Assembly: GCF_000009045.1 (NCBI RefSeq)
Contig: NC_000964.3
Span: forward strand, 2,170,001 to 2,234,000
DNA from: Bacillus subtilis subsp. subtilis str. 168
Lineage (GTDB): Bacteria > Bacillota > Bacilli > Bacillales > Bacillaceae
DNA length: 64,000 nt
Direction: 5' to 3'
The stretch's first letter is position 1. Each line of letters begins with the position of its first letter. The notes under the pieces are model-generated. The model saw nothing but the letters and a program-made list of their open reading frames with translations. It had not been told where the DNA came from and did not search any database. A program made the translations under genes and the position numbers. Positions 9,526 through 19,964 of this stretch are shown piece by piece.

Positions 9526-11256
9526 TTAAAACACAAGTTCTTTTTGTTTTGTGCGAACCACCTCCAATTCATAAATCTCGATTTGAGGTGTTTTCTTGCC
9601 TTTGTATTCATTTGCCTTTGCTTTGCCAATTACATTAATGACTAACGTTCCATTTGATGCAGTAAGCTGATTAAAGTAATTCTCATCACTTTTAAACCTT
9701 ATGTATTCAATATCGCCATGCTTAAATTTAACAGTTGTCTTATTCTTTTTCCCTAAATGCTCAATTTGTTCGACTTCAATTTCAAGATCCGTTATAGCTA
9801 TTAAGGGTTCTTCAACTTTGTAACCCCAATAGTCTTTGTAACCATCAAGTTGAAGGATAAATTCTTTTCTCAATCGTTTTGCTGGGATCTCAAAATCAAC
9901 ATTCTGAATATCTTCTTCGATATTTATGTCTTTAAATTTTTCATTCAGCACTTTGTTCACCAGGATTAAGTTCTGTCGTTTAATTGCAAAGCCCGCTGCA
10001 TTTGGGTGACCTTCAACAAACTCAAATAATCCAGTATCTATAAGCTCTTTCTTAAAATCCTTTATAAACCCTTTATCATATCCTCGTATAGAGCCACTCA
10101 AGATATCTTTACCTTTTTCGGGATCGTTTCTGGCTAACAAGACCGGCTTTTTATATTCTTCTGCAAGCTGATTGGCCACCAGTCCAGTTAGGCTTTTATC
10201 TAGAATTCCTTCAATGTAAACAATGAGTACTTTATTCGCTGTTAAACTTTTCTCTTCTATTCTATTTTTAATTTCCACTCCAGCTGCATCTACAATCCGT
10301 TTCTGCTTTGCTTTTAGATTTCCTAGAATCCTAACTGTGTCTTCATGTATTGATACAAGCTCAGTTTCACTTTGCCCACGTTTTTTGTAGGGAACCTTTT
10401 CTTTAGAAAGGAGGAATGCTCTCATCATTTGATCTTTTTCTTCACTGCTTCCAACCCTAATGGCAGCGTTAATTAAAGGGTTAATAAAGAACTGTGTATT
10501 CTGTATGCTCTTGTCACCCTTGGTTGAAAACTCTTGCTTCTTAAACAGCTTCTTTAATAATGGATGTTTTATTTTCTTCAAGCCTTCATTCATAAAATAC
10601 CTGGTTTCAAGGTTTCTTGAATCAGCCGAATCAGCAATGTTACCAATAGATACAAGGTCTAAGAATTGTTCGGCTTCATTTTTATTTAGCTTTTCATCAA
10701 TTGCCTGGCAAAATTTATAGGCCATTCCTGCACCTGTCAGAGTTTTATTCGAATAATTAGGCGAAAGTTGATTATTTACTACGATCGCATGTTCAGACAC
10801 TCGTTCACATTCATGGTGATCAATAACAATTATTTCTGTGCCTCTCTTATTAAGAGCCTCATGTTCCTCAAATTGACTTGAACCTGCATCTGGGATTATG
10901 ACTAAGTCAACATCATCAGGAATTGTATCAATAAAAATCCCATGCTCTTTCCCATCTTGAATTCTGTAGTGTATATTAGCTTTCGGACAAATCTTCTTTA
11001 TGTAATTTATAATGATTGAGCTGGATGTGTATCCATCAACATCACTGTCTACCTGAACAAACAATTTATTTTTATTATTTAAATGCCTGATAAGACAATC
11101 TGCAGCTTTATCAATATTATTAAGCTTTGAATAATGAATAACTGAACTTTGATCAACATTAACAAACAACTTTGGATCTTCTATGCCTCTATTTTTTAAG
11201 ATAGTAGCTAAAGGATCGAAATTATAATCATTGTCGCCAATTAGTCTATACTCCAT
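9526..11256 (-). CDS. yorK: RecJ-like ssDNA exonuclease (DHH family)
   Basis: DSDVDG, PDAG, DHH, GSIRG and GHPNAAG motifs. Confidence 0.95.
   Translation of the reverse strand: MEYRLIGDNDYNFDPLATILKNRGIEDPKLFVNVDQSSVIHYSKLNNIDKAADCLIRHLNNKNKLFVQVDSDVDGYTSSSIIINYIKKICPKANIHYRIQDGKEHGIFIDTIPDDVDLVIIPDAGSSQFEEHEALNKRGTEIIVIDHHECERVSEHAIVVNNQLSPNYSNKTLTGAGMAYKFCQAIDEKLNKNEAEQFLDLVSIGNIADSADSRNLETRYFMNEGLKKIKHPLLKKLFKKQEFSTKGDKSIQNTQFFINPLINAAIRVGSSEEKDQMMRAFLLSKEKVPYKKRGQSETELVSIHEDTVRILGNLKAKQKRIVDAAGVEIKNRIEEKSLTANKVLIVYIEGILDKSLTGLVANQLAEEYKKPVLLARNDPEKGKDILSGSIRGYDKGFIKDFKKELIDTGLFEFVEGHPNAAGFAIKRQNLILVNKVLNEKFKDINIEEDIQNVDFEIPAKRLRKEFILQLDGYKDYWGYKVEEPLIAITDLEIEVEQIEHLGKKNKTTVKFKHGDIEYIRFKSDENYFNQLTASNGTLVINVIGKAKANEYKGKKTPQIEIYELEVVRTKQKELVF
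9528..9541. promoter_or_regulatory. Putative LexA (SOS) box upstream of yorL
   Basis: AGAACTTGTGTTTT on the - strand; one mismatch to GAAC-N4-GTTC. Confidence 0.6.
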
Positions 11257-12392
11257 TAAATTCCCCCTTCATCTGTGCCAATCTCAATTTTCCTTCTCAT
11301 TAGCTCCTCTAGAGTTTCCTTTCCCTTGTCCGCTGGGCTGTCCTTATAATCCAGTAAGCCTTCATAATCCCACAAAACATATACACGAACATAAGGAGTA
11401 AATTTTGCTGCGAGCTTTAGAATTTTCTTCTGATATTCAACCAGTTTTTCTTGATATTTCTCCTCTGTTTCATGTTCTTTTGGTGGTCGATATTTATCAA
11501 GAGCAATAAAAACTTCTTCAACACCAAGAGACAATAAAATGTCACGGTGAAAATTAGAAATATTACTTGAACAAACAGCACAGGTGAAGTTTGATTCACC
11601 GTAAAAGTCTTGGCATTTTAATACTGATTTTTCTGATTCGAAAATCAATACTTTCTTGAACCTTTCTATCGAATTTTTTGTTTTATGTAATCCATATAGA
11701 TTCATCATTGTTTGATGGTTATATAAGATATTGCCTACTTTTAAAGGCATATATTTATAGCCTGCATCAACTTCTTCTTTAATCATTGAGCGCCTACGTA
11801 TACCAATCAACCTATTATTTAAATCTCGATGAGGAATGGTAATCCCTTCTGTATGAGGTCTAAAATAATACCCAATCTCAAACTCTTTTAATGTCTTGTG
11901 ACTTATTCCCTCACCTAGCCACAATTGGTGAGGATAAGGCACAAATACATCTAGAACCGTTTCATTAAAGCTGGGGAGCTCAATATGTATTTTTTTCTTC
12001 TTTTTGAACTTCCCCATCCATTCCCAGTCATCAATCAAATCATTGTTTATGTATGTCTCTCTATTCCCAAATCCAAATGTTCTTCCTGCTATTTTGGCAA
12101 CATATTCGATAGCCTGATTAAAAGAGATATTAATTCCTTTTTGGCTTTTTGCTCTTATAACAAGTTCGAATACATCAAAATTATCCCCACACTCTGTATA
12201 ACAGTGAAACTGTTTTGCTTCATGATAGTAATACAGCTTATAGCTCCCACCAGAAGCATTGTGACAAACGGTTCTGTAAATTGGATTTCCTTGTTGATCC
12301 CACAGATTGTTCTCGCTACCTAAATCTTTTAAAATCTTATGTATATCCTCAATGGTTAGGCTTTCTTTTACTCTGTCTTTATCATACTTCAA
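11256..12392 (-). CDS. yorJ: DNA primase
   Basis: N-terminal Zn finger (CH..CYTEC), Toprim FESEKS and ALD motifs. Confidence 0.88.
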   Translation of the reverse strand: MKYDKDRVKESLTIEDIHKILKDLGSENNLWDQQGNPIYRTVCHNASGGSYKLYYYHEAKQFHCYTECGDNFDVFELVIRAKSQKGINISFNQAIEYVAKIAGRTFGFGNRETYINNDLIDDWEWMGKFKKKKKIHIELPSFNETVLDVFVPYPHQLWLGEGISHKTLKEFEIGYYFRPHTEGITIPHRDLNNRLIGIRRRSMIKEEVDAGYKYMPLKVGNILYNHQTMMNLYGLHKTKNSIERFKKVLIFESEKSVLKCQDFYGESNFTCAVCSSNISNFHRDILLSLGVEEVFIALDKYRPPKEHETEEKYQEKLVEYQKKILKLAAKFTPYVRVYVLWDYEGLLDYKDSPADKGKETLEELMRRKIEIGTDEGGI

Positions 12393-12407
12393 AGGGCGCT
12401 ACACCCC

Positions 12408-13922
12408 TCATCCTGCTTTTATATTCAATTTCTCAACTGTGATTAGTTCATTGTCAAGATTTGTTGTGAAACAGTCCTTTATCCGCATGTTGCCCATATT
12501 GATATGGGAGAAGACTTTAACTTTGTCATACTCATTTCCCCTATTTTTAAATACATGTGTAACAAAATTTGGCTCTGGATAAAATCCTTCTTTTAAAATT
12601 GGATCAATTGCATCCTTCTCTTTTTTACTTAAAGGAAGAATTATCATTGCAGCATCTGTTTTATCTGCGATGGCCTTACTTCCTCTCAAGTAAGAAGCAT
12701 CTATTACTTGTCCTTTTAACCATGCTTCTTTCCAATCACCATTTAGCTGAGTTGCACTCATCATATAGACATCGTATTTGTTACATAAGCCTTTTAACTT
12801 ATCTGACATAAGTAAAAGAATTTGGTCTTCCCTCAAGTTGACACCGCTTTTTTTGCTCATCTCTGAAAAAATGGTTACTGATGAGTGAATATAATCGAAA
12901 TAAACGTACTCTACATTGTTTTTAATGACGTTCTTTTCAATTGTTCTTTCAATCTCCTGAATATTAAAATCAGGCAGATGTTCGAACCATATGTTAGACT
13001 CTTGAAGAACCTTAGCAGCCTTACGAACAAGTTGTTTTTCTTTTTCATTGATTGTGTTTCTAAGGATTTTTTTCTCTTCTACACTACTAATGTAGGCAAG
13101 TGCTAAACTTTGCAATTCTTCGGCCATCATTTCTGTTGAAATAACTGTAGAACTTTCACTCCATGGGTTTGATACCCATTCCTTCTTTTTAGGATCATAA
13201 AGTTCAGTTGCACTTAAGCGACAAGCGTCAGCGACCATGTTTCTTGTTTTACCGCCACCTGTAATACTTGAGCGCAGATAGAACTTTTTCTTCCGTGATC
13301 CCCGAAAAATTGAAGTAAGCATTTCGCTATTTAATGGAACTCCAATATCCGGCGACTCTTCGAATGAATCCAATAATTCATTAATACCTTCTCCACCCTG
13401 GATTCCCACACTTTCAGATGAAGTTCTGAATTTTTCTTTTATGTCTACAATCTTCATTTCATAAGCTGTCAAAATTTCATCAATCGACTTCTTATCAAAC
13501 TGTTCTTGCATCTTTTCTTGTTCTTTTGGGTCAATCAGAGATTCATCATATATTTCCTTAATATCGAATCCCAAGCCATCCATTTCTCTAAGCAGACTAA
13601 ACTTTTTTAATCTTTTATAGTGGTAATCAAAGTTTTCGACAACTGCCAACTCTTGTATTTTTTCTATATATTCAAGACCCTTATTATCATGGAAAATTTT
13701 ATATTGAATATCGTAATCCTTTAGATATCCATCTATTTCAACGTCATTCAATACTTCAGTTCCTTGATGAAATAGGTTGCTCATGGCAAAAAATAATATT
13801 GAATGAAACCTTGAAGGAAAATCATCCGAAGTTATCTTATATTTATTGCTCTCTGACAAGATTGTGGGATCTTTTAAAATGCTCCCTAAAACTTGAATTA
13901 TTGCCTGTTTGTCTTGTAGCAA
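12408..13922 (-). CDS. yorI: Replicative DnaB-like helicase
   Basis: Walker A GGGKT, STEM, FDYI, SATQLN, IADKTD motifs. Confidence 0.92.
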   Translation of the reverse strand: MLQDKQAIIQVLGSILKDPTILSESNKYKITSDDFPSRFHSILFFAMSNLFHQGTEVLNDVEIDGYLKDYDIQYKIFHDNKGLEYIEKIQELAVVENFDYHYKRLKKFSLLREMDGLGFDIKEIYDESLIDPKEQEKMQEQFDKKSIDEILTAYEMKIVDIKEKFRTSSESVGIQGGEGINELLDSFEESPDIGVPLNSEMLTSIFRGSRKKKFYLRSSITGGGKTRNMVADACRLSATELYDPKKKEWVSNPWSESSTVISTEMMAEELQSLALAYISSVEEKKILRNTINEKEKQLVRKAAKVLQESNIWFEHLPDFNIQEIERTIEKNVIKNNVEYVYFDYIHSSVTIFSEMSKKSGVNLREDQILLLMSDKLKGLCNKYDVYMMSATQLNGDWKEAWLKGQVIDASYLRGSKAIADKTDAAMIILPLSKKEKDAIDPILKEGFYPEPNFVTHVFKNRGNEYDKVKVFSHINMGNMRIKDCFTTNLDNELITVEKLNIKAG

Positions 13923-13936
13923 ATGGACTCTCCTTC

Positions 13937-14407
13937 CTATAGCATTGAGATATCAACTAGCCCTCTTTTCTTTCTCATTCCTTTTTTTATGACCAAAGTA
14001 ATTTCTTCTCTTTTATGATTCTTTGGATCTTCAGCTGATTTTCGGATGGCTTTTTGTCTAATGTAATGCCGCTTTGCTTCATCATAAACAAATGGAACGA
14101 TTCCAATGCCATCACCTTCTCTGGGTTGATTATCCAAAGTTTCATAAAAGTACCTAAGCGCTAGTTCAATGCCTTTAAGCTTATACCCATATTCCTCTTG
14201 AAACTCTTTAATTTGTTTCAACATCATGCCAGTTGGAGATGTAAGACCATATAAATTGCATATGTATTGAATTAACTCTTTTCTGTGATCTGATTCTTGC
14301 TTCCAGGTATTAAAACACTTTTCATGGTAATATCTTTTTTTATAAGGAATGGCTGAGTCTTTGTCTAACTTGGTCTCGCAATAAGGACATTTAACTTGTC
14401 TCCCCAA
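13937..14407 (-). CDS. yorH: Zn-binding replication protein (possible helicase loader)
   Basis: CPYC...HEKC motif; sits between yorG and the helicase. Confidence 0.75.
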   Translation of the reverse strand: MGRQVKCPYCETKLDKDSAIPYKKRYYHEKCFNTWKQESDHRKELIQYICNLYGLTSPTGMMLKQIKEFQEEYGYKLKGIELALRYFYETLDNQPREGDGIGIVPFVYDEAKRHYIRQKAIRKSAEDPKNHKREEITLVIKKGMRKKRGLVDISML

Positions 14408-14425
14408 ATAATCACTCCTAATAAG

Positions 14426-14447
14426 GAGGAGAGAATAATCTCTCCTC
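14426..14447 (-). terminator. Hairpin downstream of yorG
   Basis: GAGGAGAGA-ataa-TCTCTCCTC perfect stem. Confidence 0.5.
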
Positions 14448-14449
14448 TT

Positions 14450-15421
14450 TTATTCTGCTAGAAGGTCTTTTAGATCATCTAGAATTACAGACATGACACC
14501 TACTTGCTTACGGCTGCACTCAGTAACTTTTACACCCTTACCTAAATGTTTCTCTGTAATCTCATTAACTTCTTCTAAACGGCCTTCTTCATTAAGCTTC
14601 ATGCCAATTTCTTTAATTTGATCCATTAATGAGTTGAAATCAAGTTCTTCTGAAGCGTTGTTTTGTTTTTGCTCTTCGTATGTAACAGCAACAATTCCTT
14701 CTGCTTGCTCCTGTCTTTCGACTGCCTCAATAATTGCTTTTTCTAAGTTTTCTGCAGTAAATTCAGGAAGATACGTGTCAATGTAATCAAATCGGCTACG
14801 AGCAAAATGCTCTTCAGTTTCAGCTAACCAAGCACTTGATTTGATTACTTTTCTATCTTCATCAACACCATTAGAACTTAGATAGAGAACAATATCGCTG
14901 TTATCAATTACTGGAGCTAAAACTCGTTTATCCCCCTTCGGATATACTTTGCCTTTTTTGTCTTCAGCAGCATGAGCAATAAAGATAACCGTAAATCCTA
15001 CGCCAATTAATTTATTGATTTCTTCCCATACTTCAGTTTCATACTCTTTCCAAAGGCCAAACCCATCATTACCATCTTTAATCCGTTCTACATCATATTG
15101 CTCGCAGACATATCTAGTCGCATATTTAGCAAAAGCGTCTACTTCATCAACAATGATTGTTTGATACATCTCTTTGGCCTTTTCAGCATTTTTGGTTAAC
15201 TGCTTGTTTACCTTTTTAAAATCAGCCCAACTATTGATAGGCATGAATTGGACACCGGCAATAGCATTTAATCCTTTTTCGAATGGCAGATATAACGGTT
15301 TCTTCATCCGAGTGCTTTGCTTAGTTTTACCTAAGTTGTTAGAACCGTAGATTGTGATAACTTTTCCTTCTAATCCTTTTGCTACTACAGAAACTTGTGG
15401 GTTGAAAATATCGATTGCCAT
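14450..15421 (-). CDS. yorG: AAA ATPase, Sak4-like ssDNA annealing protein
   Basis: YGSNNLGKT Walker A, IIVDEVD Walker B, FIAH; next to the SSB-like gene. Confidence 0.85.
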   Translation of the reverse strand: MAIDIFNPQVSVVAKGLEGKVITIYGSNNLGKTKQSTRMKKPLYLPFEKGLNAIAGVQFMPINSWADFKKVNKQLTKNAEKAKEMYQTIIVDEVDAFAKYATRYVCEQYDVERIKDGNDGFGLWKEYETEVWEEINKLIGVGFTVIFIAHAAEDKKGKVYPKGDKRVLAPVIDNSDIVLYLSSNGVDEDRKVIKSSAWLAETEEHFARSRFDYIDTYLPEFTAENLEKAIIEAVERQEQAEGIVAVTYEEQKQNNASEELDFNSLMDQIKEIGMKLNEEGRLEEVNEITEKHLGKGVKVTECSRKQVGVMSVILDDLKDLLAE

Positions 15422-15503
15422 TTCAGTTCTCCTTTTATTTTGAATTTGTTAGGTGAGTCGGAGCTCACCCCAGTTATGTATTAGATTAATGATCTATTTT
15501 ATT

Positions 15504-16418
15504 TTAGAAAGGGAGATCATCATCTGAAATTTCAACCGGCTTTGAAGGCTTGTTATTAGGAGCACTTCCACCAAACCCAGACTTTTTATTGTTTTCTTTA
15601 TTTCCTTCTTTCTTAAGCTCGTCTAGATAAATCTCTCTTTCAGTCAACGCTTTTTTAATTGCATCTGCATTAAAAGCATTCTTACTATCCTCATCATAAG
15701 GATCATTACCACCTGTAATTAGATACTCTCTTCTTGTAATTGAAGTAATTTCTTTCTTATCTTCTCCAAATGCCGCTACTTTGGTTGTTACTTTTTGTTC
15801 TTTATAATTAATGATCTTCCCAAAAACGTTAACGGTAGTTCCCTTTTCATAATTATTTTCAACATATTGTGAGCCTTCTTTTGTGACTACAAATGTAAAA
15901 GGAATTACTTTTCCGTTGTACACAGGAATATAGCCATTTAAATTAACTCTACCTGTTTCTTCCCCTTTTACTTTTTCTTCGGTTACGTTCTTTACAAACA
16001 CCTCAACATCAAATTCTGCTCTGGGATTGAATTCTTCATTAGCATCCAGTCTGTTCACAAAGTTAGCCATTAATTGTGGATATGATTTAAAAATCCCGTG
16101 TGAATAATACTCATTTAAGCTAATTTTACCTTGAGTAATTCTTACTTTGTCAGCTTCATCTCTACCGTGTTTTGCGATTGACTTATACTCGCTTACAATA
16201 GTCTGGTACCCCTTTGCAACTGCATTATCAGTACCATCATCTTTCTTATACTTGGAAAAGCCTTTAACTGTATGTACTTCGTTAGGTGCAACCTCAATGT
16301 CTAATTCAATATTTAGTCCATTTCCATTTTTCCATTCAGTGTGTCGTACTTCAGCTAAAGTTCCTTCAATTGTTACAACGTTTGATGCTTCACGTAATAC
16401 CGTTTTGTTTTCTGTCAT
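15504..16418 (-). CDS. yorF: Putative ssDNA-binding protein
   Basis: Beta-rich tandem domains; acidic C-terminal tail DDDLPF typical of SSBs. Confidence 0.75.
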
Positions 16419-16439
16419 ATTTTTAATCATCCTCTATTT

Positions 16440-16811
16440 TTATTTTTGTTTATTGTGATTTTTCTTTGAATATGTAATTTTTCTAAACTTGCAGTCTTTG
16501 ATTCCAAGTTCTTTACTAAGTTCTATGTACCTTCTTTTTGGGAACTTCCAATCATTTTGGTCAGAAAAGCATCCTGATTTATTTACAATTTCAAATACCT
16601 GCTTTTTTCTGTTAACTTTGATTATCATATTTCCGTAAGCGTACTCTGTGCAAAATAAACGTTTTTTCACTCGCTCAGGATGAGTTTCTTTGACAAGTAG
16701 GACATTCCTTATCATCTTTAACAGTGCCTGATCAGGAGTAATGGTCTTGTTGTCTTTAACGTTTTCTCTGTAATAGTTTAACGCTTTCTCTGTTATCCCA
16801 AGTACCTCCAA
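16440..16811 (-). CDS. yorE: Hypothetical protein (123 aa)
   Basis: ORF with AAGGAGG RBS; first gene after an SPBRE promoter. Confidence 0.85.
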   Translation of the reverse strand: MEVLGITEKALNYYRENVKDNKTITPDQALLKMIRNVLLVKETHPERVKKRLFCTEYAYGNMIIKVNRKKQVFEIVNKSGCFSDQNDWKFPKRRYIELSKELGIKDCKFRKITYSKKNHNKQK

Positions 16812-16843
16812 GTAATTCGCCTCCTTCCCTTTAACTCGATTTT

Positions 16844-16872
16844 ATTATATACATATTTTTTATCTTTGTCTA
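16844..16872 (-). promoter_or_regulatory. SPBRE promoter/operator of the replication operon
   Basis: TAGACA-AAGATAAAAAATATGTA-TATAAT. Confidence 0.88.
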
Positions 16873-16935
16873 CATGTTTTATAAACTTTTATATTTTTTA
16901 TTTTTGTATTTCATTTGCGCTCTTTTTAATTCGAA

Positions 16936-16951
16936 TAAAATTATCATTTTA
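16936..16951. repeat. TAAAA-N6-TTTTA boundary site
   Basis: TAAAAttatcaTTTTA, intergenic yorD/yorE. Confidence 0.7.
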
Positions 16952-16984
16952 TTTAAATTTAAAAGCCCCAATAAGGGACTCTTG

Positions 16985-17299
16985 TTAGTTTGTTCCTTCA
17001 ACCTTACTCGTTAAGTAAGCTACTTGTTTTTCTAAATCAGCAACTCTTTCTTCGAGAGTTTTTGGCTTAGGTGCATTTTTCTTCTCTTCAAGCTCAATTG
17101 CTGCTTTTTCAATTTCCTCTAATGTAGGAATAGGTTCACTTTTTCTCCAGGCAGTAAAGATATGTCTTCCGTTGTCATTTACAAATTCCCAATCATAAGA
17201 TTCGTCTGAACGAGGGAACATATACATTAAAACTTCCGGAAGAATTGATCCATGGATATTCCAAATTTCTGATACGTCTTGTCCAACTTTAAACTCCAC
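16985..17299 (-). CDS. yorD: Phage protein, XkdW-like (104 aa)
   Basis: ORF; W..SEPIPT motif and C-terminal coiled coil. Confidence 0.8.
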   Translation of the reverse strand: MEFKVGQDVSEIWNIHGSILPEVLMYMFPRSDESYDWEFVNDNGRHIFTAWRKSEPIPTLEEIEKAAIELEEKKNAPKPKTLEERVADLEKQVAYLTSKVEGTN

Positions 17300-17375
17300 A
17301 AAAACATCTCCTCAATTATCAATTTCTTCTATATTCTATCATATTTTCATTATATAGGTAAAGAGTTTGCTATTT

Positions 17376-17756
17376 TCAAACAAGCTCACTCCACAACCAC
17401 ATATCCATTGTTTGCAATGAAAAGCCATCAGGCAGCTGCTTCATTTTCACATTTACATTGTATCTTCTGCCTGTTGTTTTATGTACAATAGCCAGTTCTT
17501 CTCCATTAAAGAATCGCACAATGGCCTCATCAAATGCAATTGGCTGATTAACCACATAACCTTCCTTTAAAGCTCTAATAAACAAATAGGGATCATTTTT
17601 ATACAGCTCATAAAGAATGTTCGCATATTGCTCGTTCTTGTCTCTAAGTAGTTCAAAATTAATCAACGGTATGTATAAGTCTTTGTCTGATAAATTTAAT
17701 TTGTTTCTAAAGTATTTAATTGCTTCATCTTGCTCTTTAGAAATGATGTTTGACAT
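17376..17756 (-). CDS. yorC: Hypothetical protein (126 aa)
   Basis: ORF track; gene order. Confidence 0.8.
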   Translation of the reverse strand: MSNIISKEQDEAIKYFRNKLNLSDKDLYIPLINFELLRDKNEQYANILYELYKNDPYLFIRALKEGYVVNQPIAFDEAIVRFFNGEELAIVHKTTGRRYNVNVKMKQLPDGFSLQTMDMWLWSELV

Positions 17757-17818
17757 TCAGTTAACCCCTTTATTCGTATGATAACTAGGCTAATCTTAGA
17801 GACTAGCCCAGCATTGCC

Positions 17819-18115
17819 TTATAAATATTCTACTAGACCATCGTCTTTAGCCCCTTCTGCTATTAGACTATAGGCAGCCAGAAGATACTCTTTGATTTTC
17901 TCTTTAGTTTCTTCCCCGAATGCATCAAAACCAATTTTAACATCGCTTGAGTAATTAATTTTCCTATTCCCTACTTGAACTACATTTTCCTTTTTAATTT
18001 GAGCAATAAAATAAGCATTTGCTAGGTTCTTTCCTAAATACTCCTCTGTTAATGGATCATAATCATCGAAAACCTCATACCGTATTTCTCCGATTCTAAG
18101 CTTCTGCTCACTCAT
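17819..18115 (-). CDS. yorB: SOS-inducible hypothetical protein (98 aa)
   Basis: ORF downstream of a perfect LexA box. Confidence 0.82.
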   Translation of the reverse strand: MSEQKLRIGEIRYEVFDDYDPLTEEYLGKNLANAYFIAQIKKENVVQVGNRKINYSSDVKIGFDAFGEETKEKIKEYLLAAYSLIAEGAKDDGLVEYL

Positions 18116-18176
18116 ACTCTCATCCCCTGTTTTGAAATTTTTGGTACTACTAAATTATATACCAAAACCCATAAAG

Positions 18177-18190
18177 GGAACAAGTGTTCT
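18177..18190. promoter_or_regulatory. LexA box overlapping the -35 of the yorB promoter
   Basis: GGAACAAGTGTTCT; TATAAT -10 on the - strand at 18154-18159. Confidence 0.85.
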
Positions 18191-18203
18191 CGTTAAGAAT
18201 TTT

Positions 18204-19964
18204 TTATTTATAATCGATTACTGTATCATCTAAGGCTAATCTAGGTGTGCCGCTGTCGTATGTATTATGTATTAAAGTTGTACTGGAAGCATTAAACGTT
18301 GCAAATGGATGCGAAAGCACTCTTGCACCAATACCTTGAACATCATTCCTTATTAATCGAACCTTTTTTGTCCCGTTTAAATATATTCCATAGCCTTGAT
18401 CTGAATCTCTGTTAAACATAATTTCATTTCCTCTAACCATATGCTCAGAACCGCCTATTAAGTGGATCGCAATGATTGCTTTGCAATTATAGATCTGGTT
18501 ATCACTTATTCTGATATTGTACATATCAGCTGCCCCCATAATTGCAACATTTCTTGGTTCAAATATCTCATTCCTTGTTAGGAAGACTTCTGAATCTTTA
18601 TCCCAATATATCCCGTAACCTTTTCCACTCAATAAGAAATCGTTTAGCTTAATTCTGACTGCCTGAGATCTCTCACAATATAGACCTCCGTAAAGATTGG
18701 AGAACGTATTATTTAAGAATTTAACGTCATTCGAATCCATCACTTTAATTGCATATGCTGAAGTTGTACCTTTCCCTTTATTATTGCTTACTTTAATATC
18801 TGATGAATTTCTCACCTGGATCTGAATACAATCGCTGTCCTGTATTCTGTTGTTTGAAATGGAAACATCTTCGGCCATATGTGTTGCTATTGCACAATTT
18901 GAAGCGTTCTTTACGGTATTATTATCAATCGATACCCCTTTCCCTCTAATCATCATGCCTATTTTAAACCCTTGAATATTGTTATCAGTTATTTGAATTC
19001 TGTTGCCAGTCTCAGTGCTCGAAACACCTACAGAGTCTATTCCGTACTCTTTAGACCCCCCTTCATTTATTATCTTGTTACCCTTAATACTCACATCTGT
19101 ACTGTAGCCATATGAAATAACATTGTCACAGTAGTTATCTTTGATGGAAACTTTACCGCTTGTATGAGCAGTAACCGAACCACGACCATTTTTTCTAAAC
19201 CTGCAATCCGATATCGTTAACTCATAAGGATGATCATACTTTCTTCCGTTTTCTCCGTAGCCCTCTAAATCAATACCTAGTTGAGGGCCAATTGTATCTC
19301 CTCCAGCTTCCTCTATATCACAGTCTTCAACCAATAATCCTTCACAACCGTTAGTAGCTAAATTGTTCCGTCTCCCTCTTTTTAGTTCGCATTTTCTTAC
19401 GGTAACACTTTTGGAAGGCGTATAAACCATCCCTGGGTAATTCATCATTCCGTGAGCTGCAATCCAAATGTTGTCTCCAATACAATCTGAGATTTGTACA
19501 TTTTCAATCAAAACATTTTTGCTTCCATGAACATGTATTCCAAATCCCCATTCATGTGTTTTTCTATCGGTATCAATTAGAGAATAATCATGTTGATACC
19601 GGTCACCTATAATACGACCTCCTCTAATTATTACGTTCTCTGCAAGCCCAATATAAAAACAAGAATAGCCCTGATACCCATTAGGGTTAACTTGAAACAC
19701 TGCTTCTGGATCCAAAAGGAGCTCCATATTTGATGGGATTTTAATTCCCCCACCAATTTCAGGATTTCGTTGATTTAATGTATTTACTGAATCAATAATA
19801 AAATTCCCTTTTGGAACTTCAACAATAGGAAAGTTGTTCTCTGATGCATATATAAGAGCTTCATTAAATCCTTTAGTTGTTTCAATTGGATTCGAGTTAA
19901 ATGCATTTATTCCCCACTGATCAAAGTCAACATAGTATCGTATGGATTTATTCAACAATGTCAT
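18204..19964 (-). CDS. yorA: Right-handed beta-helix (pectate-lyase-like) polysaccharide depolymerase
   Basis: Many parallel beta-helix repeats (V.I..N.I, G.GI); 586 aa. Confidence 0.85.
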   Translation of the reverse strand: MTLLNKSIRYYVDFDQWGINAFNSNPIETTKGFNEALIYASENNFPIVEVPKGNFIIDSVNTLNQRNPEIGGGIKIPSNMELLLDPEAVFQVNPNGYQGYSCFYIGLAENVIIRGGRIIGDRYQHDYSLIDTDRKTHEWGFGIHVHGSKNVLIENVQISDCIGDNIWIAAHGMMNYPGMVYTPSKSVTVRKCELKRGRRNNLATNGCEGLLVEDCDIEEAGGDTIGPQLGIDLEGYGENGRKYDHPYELTISDCRFRKNGRGSVTAHTSGKVSIKDNYCDNVISYGYSTDVSIKGNKIINEGGSKEYGIDSVGVSSTETGNRIQITDNNIQGFKIGMMIRGKGVSIDNNTVKNASNCAIATHMAEDVSISNNRIQDSDCIQIQVRNSSDIKVSNNKGKGTTSAYAIKVMDSNDVKFLNNTFSNLYGGLYCERSQAVRIKLNDFLLSGKGYGIYWDKDSEVFLTRNEIFEPRNVAIMGAADMYNIRISDNQIYNCKAIIAIHLIGGSEHMVRGNEIMFNRDSDQGYGIYLNGTKKVRLIRNDVQGIGARVLSHPFATFNASSTTLIHNTYDSGTPRLALDDTVIDYK